Below, one piece after another: positions 10,501 through 21,300 of a DNA stretch of 64,000 nucleotides. Position numbers and translations under genes: made by a program. The stretch is taken from the NCBI GenBank assembly GCA_905178155.1, contig CAJINV010000001.1, positions 13,080,635 through 13,144,634 of the forward strand, read 5' to 3'. The stretch's first letter is position 1. Each line of letters starts with the position of its first letter. The notes beneath the pieces were generated by a model. That model was not told the origin of the DNA, ran no database searches, and saw nothing but the letters and a program-made list of their open reading frames with translations. Origin of the DNA: Amoebophrya sp. A120 (Eukaryota > Protista > Dinoflagellata).

Positions 10501-13500
10501 TGTTTGAATTTTAACAAATAAATTCATTATTTTTTTGTGTAGTCTTCAGTAGTAATCGCCAGCTTTCTGCGCATTAAGCTGGCGATAAAATATGGAATAA
10601 TTTTTTATTCAAAATAACATATATTTTAGTCTAGTGAAACTTCATATGTGGAACCACCAGTGTAAAGATCGATTCAAAACTGTTATGGTTGGCAAAAGGG
10701 AGAGCGTGTCGGTTCTTTGCTGGCGAGAATACAAATCTGTCATGCTGGCGGGAATACAAATCTGTCATGCGTAAAACTATTGAACCAGCATAGCACCGAC
10801 GCGTTCTCAAAGTCACAACGTCGTATTCTGGTGGAACCACAGAAACATAACTCGCGTTTGACCGACCCTAATCACTTCTTCTTCATCGACATCATCTTCT
10901 TCATCGCCTTGGAGGTAGAAGCGGTGGTCGAGGAGGCGCGCGACGCTTTCGCGGGGGTCTTGCTCTTCTTGTTCTTCGCGATCTCCTTCTCCAACTTCTT
11001 CTGGAGCTTCTCCTTCTCCTTGAGGGCCTTGGACTTGTCTTTCTCCTCCTGCAAGACCTGCTTCTCCAACATCTTGCTCAACGTCTCGTTCTCCTTCTCA
11101 ATCTCCTCGCGGGCCCGCTTGTCCGCGGACGACGTCATGAAGAACTCGACAAAGGACTCCTGGTCCGCCGGCTTCAACACGGACATCAGCGCCTCCGCGA
11201 ATTTGTCCTTCGGGGTGACTTTGGTGGAAGCGGGCTGTCAGTGAGTAATTAGTGATGGTTGGAAGATGCATATGCACAAATACACCGATGCCACGGATCC
11301 GTGTGCGTTCATTACAACCATCCGTGCACTCGCAGGGGCGAGTGCAGGGCTTTCTTACACGCTACTCTACAAATGCTCTCCTAATTACTCACGCAGTACC
11401 TTCTTCTGGTTGTCGATGATGTTCAAGGAGTGCTTCTTCCCGGGGGTGATCGGGTCGTCAAACTCGAGGGTGACGGGGTCGACGTCGTCGTTGCCCTTGG
11501 GGGTGGCAATGAGACCGGTCTTGCCGACGGACTTGCGCAATCCTTTGGCCAGTTTGTCCTTGTCGGCGACGACCTCGGTCTTGCCCGCGCCGAACTGCTG
11601 GCTCGCGGACTGCACGGCGGCATTCGAAGCCATGAAAACCTGTGTGTCAGGTTTGATGTGTATGTTGGAATCAATACGTTGGACAAATGAAGTTGCAGTG
11701 TCCATTTCACAAACCGAATAGTCTACAGCTGTTTCTCTTGCCGTAAAACCGAATGTAAAAAACGAAGGTAATAAAGCTGTGCCGTGCCGTTCGGTCCGGG
11801 GGTCATCTGCACCATCTGCTGTCCGTTGGACATCATGTTGGGACTCGGCGCGAACTGCAGTCCGTACGGAGTCATACCCATGGGGGTCATGCCGAAGTGA
11901 CCGGGGGTCTGGCCGGGCATCATCACACCCGGGGTCGCGGTCATCGACACGCCCTCCATGCCGGGGGTCCGCGTGGTCTCGGCGTACTGCGCACAGCTGT
12001 CGAGCTTGGTGATCACGCACTTCTCGGGCGCGGGGCACATCTCAACGACGATCGTCCACTGCATCTTGGAGGCAATACGCAATATAAAAGTATCGCGCAG
12101 TGGCAATTCTATCAACAATTTTTCGCAACATCAGAAGACGAGTTTGCAATGCAAATCTTCGACGTGATGATGATCAGTCGTGCAAGGTTGTAATGCTTAA
12201 CAGTGCGATACTTTTACACAACATAACCGGCCAGGGCCAACAACTTCACGACCTGCTGCAGGTGGCGGAACTTGGTCTTCGAGCATTTCTGGATGACCTG
12301 CAGTTGAGATTTTGGTGTGGTTGCATGCGGGTACTGTGGAGCTACGTCCTTGAAAAACGTCTGTCTTTGCAGTAGCACTAATTGAAGTTAAGAAACCGAC
12401 ACGGAGCACGGACCTTCTGTACAAGGCGCGCAAGACAACATCACTATACAGCAGCAAAATACCATGTCGATCGGGATCTTCATCTTCACCAAGATGTACT
12501 TCCACTGCGCGACGGAGTACACGTAGCGGGCGACGTACATGACATTGCGGTGCATCAGGGTGCTCAAGGAAACCTGGACGATCTCGATGGGCAACTGGCC
12601 GAAACCTGATTTGATTTCGGGAAGATATCGAATGTGAATAAATGGTGCTGGTTTGTTGTGCCAATTAGTCATGCTAACTAGACCACGCGCGTTTTGCATC
12701 TTTGTATCAGAAACCTGCATCACATCAGTGCTTATCGGTGCCAGATAATGCAACACAGACTAGCGTGCCAAGAGATAGGCTCAGCTGGACTTTCAAACGC
12801 AAGCATGCCAGAGGTGGTTTTACAAAACACGCGTGGACCGAAGAATCAAACACAACTACAAGTCAGAGCCACAATTTCCTATCAGAATATCGTGTAATTG
12901 TAATAAAACAAAACAACAACGTATACGCTCGAGGGTTCCCGGAAAGGCCTGACGGGACAGGCTGCACATGGGCACGAAGTTCTCCTCCTCGGCATCAAGC
13001 TCTTCATCAAGTTCAGAAAACGCATCTCTGAAGAGTTTCAGATCAGCGCGGCTGGGCTTGCCGATCTTGCCCTTGACGAAATCCATCGCAGAGTAAGTCT
13101 TCGGCATTTTGTGTTTTGGTGTTTTGGAGCAGATGCTCGAGGAAAAAACAACTCTCAATTTATCCCTACGGTTTTCGGTTTGATTGGAAGATTAGTTTCA
13201 GAACGAAGAAGAAGCACCACATGACGCACAACAAGAAAATGAAAATCAGTACAACGTGATGACTTCGGAGGGATCTTTGCAGAATTTTATCAGCGGGGTA
13301 GTTCGGGGTTGTGAAGGTATAGAAGTTGGCTTGTGTTGAACAGCGTTTACTAATCAAATTGCACACATCTATCGCGCATCGCAGTGCTTTCATTCGCTTC
13401 TCAATCTCATTGATTTACTTTCGCGTGATCGCAGAACTCAAAGTCGCAACGTTCCTGTTTTTCAGCTGTGCATAATGATGACACAAACATTCTCTTTTCA

Positions 13501-16253
13501 TCTCATGCTCAAGATCTTCTACAATTCCACACTCCTCTTCACATCACCATCTCCTCCAACTGCAACAGGTACTTGTGCTCCGTGGACTGGCTGGTCAACC
13601 GTTACGACACACATCCGGAGGCGTCGTGTTAGCTACCTACTATACTACCTAATTCAGCTAGCTACTTCGATGCTACACTAGATAGTTTTTACATCCTACA
13701 TACCGATTTTTGAAATAGTTAGAAAAACTGTCGTTAGGCGCGCCATAAGTCCTTGACCCACTTGCAAAAGGAGGAAAACCTTTCTTTCATTTTCTATTTC
13801 TTCATTTTCTCCGCTTTTTCCCTGCGATGTAAATGGAGATGAGGGCCGTGTTGCGGCCGAAGACGTCGTGAGAGGTGCACTATCTTGCTCCTCGCATCGG
13901 TTTCTGTCTTTATCCGAAAAATCTTCCGCGCTTTCACGCGTGGCCGTGATCTGTTTACTCTGCGTGGAGTTCTTCTGTCGTCTGCCAACCTGTCGTGCGA
14001 TCTCCGCGACGATGGCGATACGGGCCTCGGCGCAATTGTGGTGATGTAGGTCCAAGACCTGTGTTGTCCGCACGCCATCGCGTTTCGTTCGGCTCACCAC
14101 AAACTCGTAGTACCCTGGACCTCCGCCCGACGAAGTACCAGGACCAGCCCCATCAGGCGTAGGCGTCATAAACTCTCGCTGGTGCTGTGGCGCTTTGCAG
14201 CTCTCGCGATTCGCTTCATCTTCGGTCGCCTTCACCACAGGTTCATCTTGTCTTCTGGTCTGCAGCCGCGCTTTCAGGTCCTGAAAAGTGCGATACCACG
14301 CCACCGCTGTTTCCACGTCGCCAACTGCATCCAGCAATTCCAGCAATTTCGAAAGCAGCACATGATCGACAATCTCCGCGTGGTCGGCCAACCTGCTTGC
14401 CAGATAACGCGTCACGCGACGAAGCTCGCGCAACTGCAGGTCGTTGCAGGCTTCCTCGGTGGTGCCGTCCTCCACCTCCCCGGCATCATCCTCGCCTGTT
14501 ATCGCAGCGAGGTAGGGCTCGGCCTTGGTCGGATAAACAGAGACGCCAGCTTCTCGGGAACGCACTTGAGACATCGTAGCCGCATCGTGCAAAAGTGAGA
14601 ACAGATGCGTGAACCCCCATGCAGCTGTCGATCCGGTGTTGCCTTTGTGCCCAACATCGGCATTTTTTCCGGAAAACAGCAGGCACGGGGGAGAGGACGT
14701 TAGCTCGTGTGTCTTGTCAACATCAGGATTCTGCAGCAGCGTGTTTCTTGGGCCATGCGGCTCATGTTGACCATCATGATCTGGCAGATGCAGCTTGTCA
14801 TCAAACTCCGCCTCATTATCACTGTTTTCTTGATCCAGAAATGACCAGTCACTCTTCAAAGCAATCCTAACCGCGTGCTTCCACTGCGACGGCGCGAAGC
14901 ACTGGATGAGCGTGCTCAAGGTGACTTGGTCGAACAGCTGTTCCTCTCGACGGCGAAGTTTGTAGCCCTCTGCTCGAAGGAGCTGTAAAGCCCCCTTGCT
15001 GTCGCGCTGGCGCGCGAAAAGCCTCAGCATCGTATTCAGCGTGACCACGGAAGGATCGAGGGACAGCTCGTGCTTCATGCGCGCGAATATCCTCGTCGCG
15101 GACTCTTCGTGCCCGGGCTGCCGTACCACGGCGGACAAGACCGCGTTCGCCAAAACCAAATCCACTGCGCTCTGGGTTACCGCGTCCTCAAACAGGCGAA
15201 GCACACCCGGGGCGTCGTCCACAAGATCGAGTGCTTTTGCCACGGAAGTGTACAGTTGCGAACTGGGACGCACCTCCCGACAGGTGCTGTACCGCGAGCG
15301 AAACTCGTGAAAGTAACGCAAAGCCAGTTTGGCCTCCTTCCCCTGCACACATTTTTGAATCAGCGCCCCGTACGTAACAACGATGCCCGACGCGTGCTCC
15401 GGGCACAGCTCCTGATTGTGAGTCGTGACGGAAATGATCTCTGCACTAATGGACGTGGTCTCGTCGGGGGCATTTGTCGCTGTGTCGCCGAAAAAATTAT
15501 TCTCGGCCGGCAACGACGAGGGTGCCGCGTCTGGTGTGCTACTGCTCGCAGATCTGGGGACCGGCAAACGACACCGTATTTCCAGGTCGAAGACCCTGGT
15601 CGCGTCTTGCAGAGGCAGTGCGTTGAGAGCGGCGCTGAAGCAATGGAAGCTAGCGCCGGCGTTGGACAGCTGCATTTGCAGGAGCGCTAAAATGCTCTCT
15701 GTTTGACTCGTTGTTTTTTCCCGCCCCAGTGCCCGTATCGCGTACGCGGTCCACTTATGGATTGCAAAAATGTCTGGGTCTGGAAGAATTCATGTTTGTC
15801 ATGCTTGTCTGGCATGACTCTTAAATCTGCCATGCACGCTACCCAAGAGCTCCATTTTTCTGCGATGCAGGAACGCAGTTTGTCATGCAGAATAGGCAAC
15901 ACCTATAAGCTCAGAAACTTGTCATGCTGAGCCAGCACTTGTGGCCTCATCATGAGACGCCACCCAGCATCACAAGTTTCCAGACCCAGACACTTTTACA
16001 TTTTATACCACTTGCGACTGAGTGGCTCGGGACGCCGGAGAAAGACAAGCGACTCGACAATGGCCTTGCGCAGCCGGTGAATCGACACGCGCTTGTTCTG
16101 CGGAGAAAGCGCAGCCTCTGCGGCAGCGGACAGGGGCAGCTGCGCCTCGTCGTGTAGTGCGTGCGCATTGCCGGGAATGCCTCGCGCCTGCACACCACGA
16201 TACACATAATGAGGCAAGGATTGCGATTGTGCCGGTCGTGCGACGTGTCTCAT
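1516..16253 (-). CDS. PPR-like repeat plus C-terminal Smr domain protein (PPR-SMR); exons ~16253-16008, ~15750-13748, ~1678-1516
   Basis: PPR-like units (VVTYGALIQKC, PSSQLYTSVAKAL, PSVVTLNTMLRLF, DQVTLSTLIQCF); Smr N-terminal motif VLDLHH. Removing 1684-13747 plus one TSD gives LLLQVGQGLHSKVPGERLLAPAVQHFVNLLGF...ENEK*. Removing 15756-16007 plus its repeat gives SRKWTAYAIRALG...LQMQLS. Start codon uncertain. Confidence 0.85.
1684..1831 (+). repeat. Left TIR of the 12-kb element
   Basis: Reverse complement of 13600-13747, one mismatch seen (ctgagtt vs aattcag); rich in GTAG/TAG words. Confidence 0.96.
2210..3721 (+). CDS. Tandem PD-(D/E)XK-like nuclease-fold protein carried by the transposon; exons 2210-2889, 3264-~3447, possibly 3543-3721
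   Basis: Two E...D...(Q/E)xK-like modules (NDLLIRPR...WIGTQLKST; GVVDGYL...SVQEKLL). GT-AG intron 2890-3263 joins in frame to RASGAAYDGDACDFLLLH...ALVPFKVLQDTGHV. The last exon needs a 1-nt shift near a T run at 3435-3441. Confidence 0.6.
4403..9916 (-). CDS. Divergent hAT-like DDE transposase, ~1400 aa, 9 exons (9916-9452, 9360-9166, 8961-8770, 8618-~8434, ~8306-7847, 7581-~7447, ~7307-6713, 6591-~5431, ~5266-4403)
   Basis: Five GT-AG introns and three TIR introners join the ORF pieces in frame. Motifs appear in hAT order: TTF-zinc-finger-like W...DGVFCYLW, CAFQTGG, GTVGDDHRCRM, GDLHRLHNNVKN, QQRFF, LSVTRPEVEALHS. Start uncertain. Confidence 0.7.
5267..5430. mobile_element. Introner (164 bp) nested in the transposase gene
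   Basis: TIR tatgcaattgcaaaagtggcctcct / aggaggccacttttgcatgcgcata; removing 166 or 169 nt joins ORF 5334-6626 to ORF 4403-5239; direct repeat degenerate. Confidence 0.85.
6598..6678. repeat. 81-bp fold-back (MITE-like) element inside GT-AG intron 6592-6712
   Basis: Outer arms tcgtgttgaatt / aattcaacacga, inner arms gcaattcatctttt / aaaagatgaattgc; GCAG on both flanks. Confidence 0.8.
7309..7445. mobile_element. Introner (137 bp) nested in the transposase gene
   Basis: TIR tatgctaatgaaaagcactacccgatgt / acatcaggtagtgcgtttcagttgcata; removal as GT-AG (139 nt) or GC-AG (142 nt) keeps frame. Confidence 0.85.
8307..8433. mobile_element. Introner (127 bp) nested in the transposase gene
   Basis: TIR tatcaatgctaaaacagatgctgc / gcagcatctgttttttcattttgata; removing 129 nt gives NWKPQQF; no clean direct repeat. 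Confidence 0.75.
10719..10770 (+). repeat. 25-bp tandem duplication containing the introner motif
   Basis: gctggcgagaatacaaatctgtcat gctggcgggaatacaaatctgtcat gc. Confidence 0.8.
10872..13107 (-). CDS. Unknown ~430-aa protein carried by the transposon, with a Lys-rich coiled-coil C-terminus; 6 exons
   Basis: GT-AG introns 12606-12926, 12298-12462 and ~11235-11399 join in frame: MPKTYSAMDF...RFGQLPIEIV...VIQKCSKTKF...MTPMGMTP...KAMKKMMSMKKK*. Two junctions are approximate. Confidence 0.7.
12076..12225. mobile_element. Degenerate introner (AAAAGTATCGC family)
   Basis: tacgcaatataaaagtatcgcgcagt / acagtgcgatacttttacacaacata; same TIR core as 51750 and 55608; separates two coding exons. Confidence 0.65.
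13600..13747 (-). repeat. Right TIR of the 12-kb element
   Basis: Reverse complement of 1684-1831. Confidence 0.96.
15756..16007. mobile_element. Introner (252 bp), TSD CCACT, in the PPR-SMR gene
   Basis: TIR tatggattgcaaaaatgtctgggtctggaa / ttccagacccagacacttttacattttata; CCACT at 15751-15755 and 16008-16012; removal restores frame. Confidence 0.92.
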
Positions 16254-18318
16254 TGCGACGGCGGAGGCCGACGAAAAGAAGCGAACTGTGGTCGTCGTGC
16301 GGGTGCGGCTTCACGATTGCATGCCCATCATGTCTGAATATCGCAGCGAGTCGCGGAAGTCGTGCAATCTTTCTTGTGCCATGATTCTCCTGGTGGTCCC
16401 ACCCTTAGAAGGTAGTAGGAGATGCAGAAGATGACATCATTGTGTAGTCCTTTTTCTGTAAGAGAGTGACGAGAGGACAGCTTAGATTTTATCTTTAATG
16501 AATGTACTTGTTAATTCCTGACTCTACTCCGACATTCGAAAAACTGTCAGTAGGAGACAGAGTACTCTACGTGCCAGGCACATGCGTTATCGTGTTCACA
16601 ATCACGACCACAGCCTTCGTGGCAATGGCGCCTAGTCAAAACTTCTTCACAGATAGATGATTGTCGAACCGCAAGTACCAGAGACAATGGCGGAGACAAC
16701 TACAAACATGTATGTATAATTTATTACGACATCATGAGCTCAAAATGCTGCTGGAAAAAGAAGACCGAGGACGAGGTGAAGCCTTTTCGTCTACTTTGCT
16801 TTTGTTGGATCTACTCTGTCCTTTCCTGAAAAACCAATGATCAACTTCAACACGACCAATATCTGCATCACACGCTATGCCAACAAAATTCCGCAAATCC
16901 GAGCTGTATTGCGTATTTCTATTTTCCTGTGGCGAGAGAGCCGATAACTGATGATGGTATTACTAACCGTGCAAAAAATCTAAGAAGTACTGATATGACA
17001 GCACCAGGTTGGGGACACGAAAGCGAACCGACGAAAATTCAATCTTGTTCTTGGTTGCATGTACAACTACGTACGCGGCTATGTAATGAGTTCCCAGCTT
17101 TCTTCCACCAGCAGCCCTGCAACTCCAGAGGGGACAATCGCGTAGACAGAGCAGATCGAAATCATCGAGATGGATCACTGCTTTTTTAACTTTCAAGTTC
17201 AACTCCGCAGGCGCAAGCACAGGCGAGAACATATGTCACGAGCGGGCGAGGATCTTGTTTTTAGTTTAATCAGGAGGAACACCAACGAGTCTCAATCTTG
17301 CGGCCTCCCTCTGTGCCGCTTAGTCCACAACAGTGCTGATGTTGGGTCTGCTTCTGCTAAAACTAGAAACGAAAAAAGGAGAAAATTTGTAAATCAAAAA
17401 GCAGCCACTTGAAATGATCGTCTGGTCTACGATAGCATGCGCGAAGTGACTTTTATAGCGGGGAAGTAAAGCAAGTCACTAATGCTGACAACATTAGTTC
17501 GTCGTGATGAATGCGTACCGCTATGAGTAGCGCTCCACCAGATTTTCCGAGTACTATTAGTAGCTCTTCCCATGATTGCGTAAAGGCTGATGTAGTTGTC
17601 AAAGTTTTGTTTACAAGTACAAAAGTAGATACAACCAAACGCGCATGTCGGTGTTGTCGCATAGTCCTCGTGGTCAAGGTCGTGCAACAACTGCTTCGTT
17701 GAACTACCACTCATGTGTGCCATGCCAATTTGGTTCAAAATTGCTGCACCATAGTGGAGGTCGTCCAGTTTTCATCTAGCATAATAGTCCTGAAATCTGG
17801 CTGTGGCTTATTTGTCCGTCTACCATCTTCCGTCAACGTTCTGAAAAAAACGTAAGCAGAGTAGATGCAGAGCGGATGCTCGTGTATTTTCCATGTCTGG
17901 CTTGTGGAAAACGAAAACGAAAAGTCAGCCAGAGGACGGTGAAGTTGAATGTTGCGATGGCACAAGAAGTTCCATGAAAAATGTTATATCTTTTTGTTGT
18001 TGTTCTGCTTCAGAAGCTCTCAAAACAATCTCGTCGTATTCGTAATAAAGCATATATCAAATGTCAGCTCCCTGCCTCCTGCGTGTTGAGGCGTTCGGTT
18101 CATCGCGCGCGAAGTTTATCTTCGATATCAATCGATTTTCCCCTCCTCGTCGCTCGGGGTGAAGATGAGTCGTCTAGCAGTGCCGAGAAATGAACGGGCT
18201 TTCGTCTGCGGAACTACTTCTACGTCCTGCTGCCACGGATCATTCCCGTAGATACAACTGCTGGTCTTCATCCTATCAAACAAGAACTGGAAATCACTGT
18301 AATTTTGCGTCGAGTCCA

Positions 18319-21300
18319 TTACTGAACAAGCAGTTGCTTTCCGTCGACCTGGACGGAACAACTCGCCGGCGAGCTCGATGCGGCGGAGCAGGAAGATGAT
18401 CGTGGCAGAGCGGCCGCTGAAGGCACTACGACTGCTGGTGCTGCTGGCACAGAAGTACTAGTATCGGCGTTCACCCCGTCCTTTTGTGCGCTTGTTACTT
18501 TCGCTTTGCTAGCGACGGTATCCCTCGTTCCGTCCGTGCTGCTCGAGGTCGCTGTCCTGGTGATCCGCTGAAGCGCTGCATCTGCTGGATCTAGTACAAA
18601 GATCCTTTCTGCACCTGCACTTTGCGTTTTGTTTTTCGTCGAGCTGCTCAGATATTCCTCCTCATCCTCCGATTGCCGCGGTTCGTCCACGCCCTGCACG
18701 ACCTTCGTCTCTGTCGTGCTGTTCGTCGTTTCCAGTCGCGGAAAGCCGTCGGTGCAGACGTGACCGTCACAGGACCCGTCCTCGTTTTCGCACCAGCGAA
18801 AGGACTCCATGATGCGCGCCACCTGGAGCTCGTCCAGGAGACAGGAGGTGGCCCGCTGGCGCTTGAGGGCGCAGATGTCGCAGTCGTCCGGGTCCACGGA
18901 ACCCATGTCGATATGCACGAACGTGTTTTTCACGCGGAGACAGTGCTCGTGGCGCTCCCGCATCTGCGGCGTCGCACTCCGACCGTTGTCGGTGGCCAGA
19001 CTGTTGGTCCGCGTACGGCACCAGACCGCCTCGTCGCTGCTCAACGTGTTGTCCAGTGCGGACGAGGAACTCCCGGGAACGCCATCGTCCTCTTGGTCAG
19101 GCTGTCCTAGTACTGGGTTTAAATTGACGGTGGGGGCGCTGTAGTTGCTCATCAGGCTGACAGAGTCGCGGTTTTTACTGCGTTGCCGAAGAAGATCCAC
19201 ATCACTAGCGAGAATCGCAGCGGCAGCAGCGGCGGGGTCTAGTACCTGTTTGCTCGCGTTATTTGTCGGATTGGAATTGTTGTTGTTTGCGTTTTTATTG
19301 TTATTTCCGTGGGGCATGATTTTCATCTTCTTTTCCCCCGAGGTGGTCCGCGTCTTCTTCCGCTCGCAGCCCGCATCGTTCACGGTGATTTTCAAGTTCC
19401 CGGCCGCATCCGTGTTGGCCTTCAGGAAGTGTTTCGGGTCGTTCAGAATCGTGACGCCGCGGTGGATTTCCCCGCAGCACGTGTTGTTCGAACAGGTCAG
19501 CACACAGTCCCCGGGTTCACAGGCCGAATTGCGACGCACCGGCATCTTCTTGCCCCCCGACGGGCCCAAGCCCGGCAGCACCTTGGGCGTTTGTAAGATC
19601 TTAAACTTGCGTCGCGACGTCTGCAGTCCGTGGTGCTGCGTGGGCGTTGCGGTCAGCAGAATCTCATCGGTGTCCCGGGCGCCCGGGTTGTTCGTGAAGC
19701 GATGGGGGCGGCTCTTCCCCTTTTGGGCGCTGGTGATCTCCTCGGCAGTTTCGCAGGCGAGACACTCCAGGGGCATCTCCGAGTCCAAAAAATGTGCTGT
19801 TCGCGGTGTTGCAGGGGTCGGCCTGCTCTTCTCGTTCGCCTCAACAGTCAAATGCTTTTCATTTGCCGCTGGCTTCTCAATGTCTTGGCTCATAGTGCCC
19901 GTGCCCTCTTTAGAGGTTTCGCCATTAGCATTAGCTTCCTTTGCAGCTTGAGCAGCCAAATCTTTCCCCGTCAAGGTCGTGGGGGCGGGATTGAGGAGCT
20001 GGTGCATCGGAGTGGTGGTATCAACGAAGGCGGGCAGGGCGAAGGCGGGAATTCTGAAGAGGTTATTGTCGATGTTGACGACGAGATCCTGGGAGGATGC
20101 ACCCGAAGGCAATTCTTGTTGCTCTGCGTCTGCAACTGTGGCGTCTGTGTTCGTCAGACCCGATGCTTCATGTTGAATCATGGTATTGATTTTCATGTTG
20201 AAGCCAGTCATATTATTCGCCGGAGTCGGTATAGGCGTGTTGACATCAGTCCAAGGAGCCGCCGGCCCGGGCACGACCGGAGGCGCAATCTTCGGAGGGA
20301 TGACGACTTTGTAATTATTCTGGAGGCTTTGTTGCAACTCGGTGGAGAGCTTCTGGCACAGACGTCGATCGACGGGACGCAAGTCAGACCGGCCCAACGC
20401 CATGAAAATGAGCTGCTGTCCGCTCTCGCGGATGACTGTGCTTTTCAGGTTTGCCCACCCGGCGGCGATCTGCTGTTCTTCCATCGAAGTGGGCGTGCCG
20501 TTCCCCAGTCCAAGCAGCAGTAACAAACTGTTGCACACCATAGTCAGATCTTCGCGTGTCAAAATGCTGCCGTTGTTTTGCTGTTGTTCCTGTTGCTGGT
20601 GCTGCTTTCCCTTGCCTTTGCCGGACTTATTGCTGTGCTTCCCGCCAGCCTGCTGTGGCGTCGGTGCGGAGCCATCATTTTGTACATTGTGCACCGCGGT
20701 CAGAGCCGGGAGCAACACCCGGCAGACGTTGCCCACGGTGGCCGGCGTCAACCGATGGGGACAGGAGTGCGCAAGTTTGGCGGTCGCGTACAGAAGCTGC
20801 GACAGGTCCTTCGAATTGATGTTTTCCTTCGCCACATCCCAGTGCCCTGGTTTGTTGCCGGTCTCGATCAAGACGGCCAACGCCTTCCATGTCGCCACGT
20901 GTTCCTCGGTTGCAGCCGCGACCACACTGTTTCTCGATGCCGACGCAGACGCTGGTCCAGCCCCCGCAGCGGCCGCGGCTGCATTGCTTTGCATTTGGGT
21001 TTGCGCCGTGGTAAGCGTGATAGCAATGGTCGCGACGTCGCGCAGCGCGAACGGACACAGGTGCTCGCTGCTCGCATCTTGCTTCGCCGCCGCTCGCTCG
21101 ATTTGCTCGCAGAACCGCAGCCACAGCATGCTCCACATCTTTTCGCACAGCGTCGCGTTACACAAGTCGCCGATCACGCCCGCCTCTGCACGGCACCAGT
21201 TTCTGGCCAAGTTGCAGCAACGCAGTCCGGCAGCAATGGTGCGGAGAGACAAGGTTTGGGCGTCGGCGCAGACGAATTGCAGGTGCAAAAGCATCTCGGC

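Larger units (their letters stand above)
1684..13747. mobile_element. 12-kb TIR DNA transposon (hAT-like transposase), putative giant introner
   Basis: 148-bp TIRs at 1684-1831 and 13600-13747; termini TATGGCG...CGCCATA; TSD AGTCC at 1679-1683 and 13748-13752; three internal genes. Confidence 0.95.

Noticed and set aside
13696-13747. ORF-track C-terminus MARLTTVFLTISKIGM of the 659-aa ORF
   Set aside because: Read-through into the transposon TIR; the true C-terminus is at 1516-1680.
1684-13747. Polinton/Maverick, virophage or endogenous virus interpretation
   Set aside because: No DNA polymerase B, packaging ATPase, capsid or rve integrase motifs seen; motifs fit a hAT-like DDE enzyme better.
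16400-18000. Possible multi-exon minus-strand gene (also 22700-23900 with 30000-30700, and 33100-33570)
   Set aside because: Exon-like fragments and splice signals are present, but I could not assemble a supported model.
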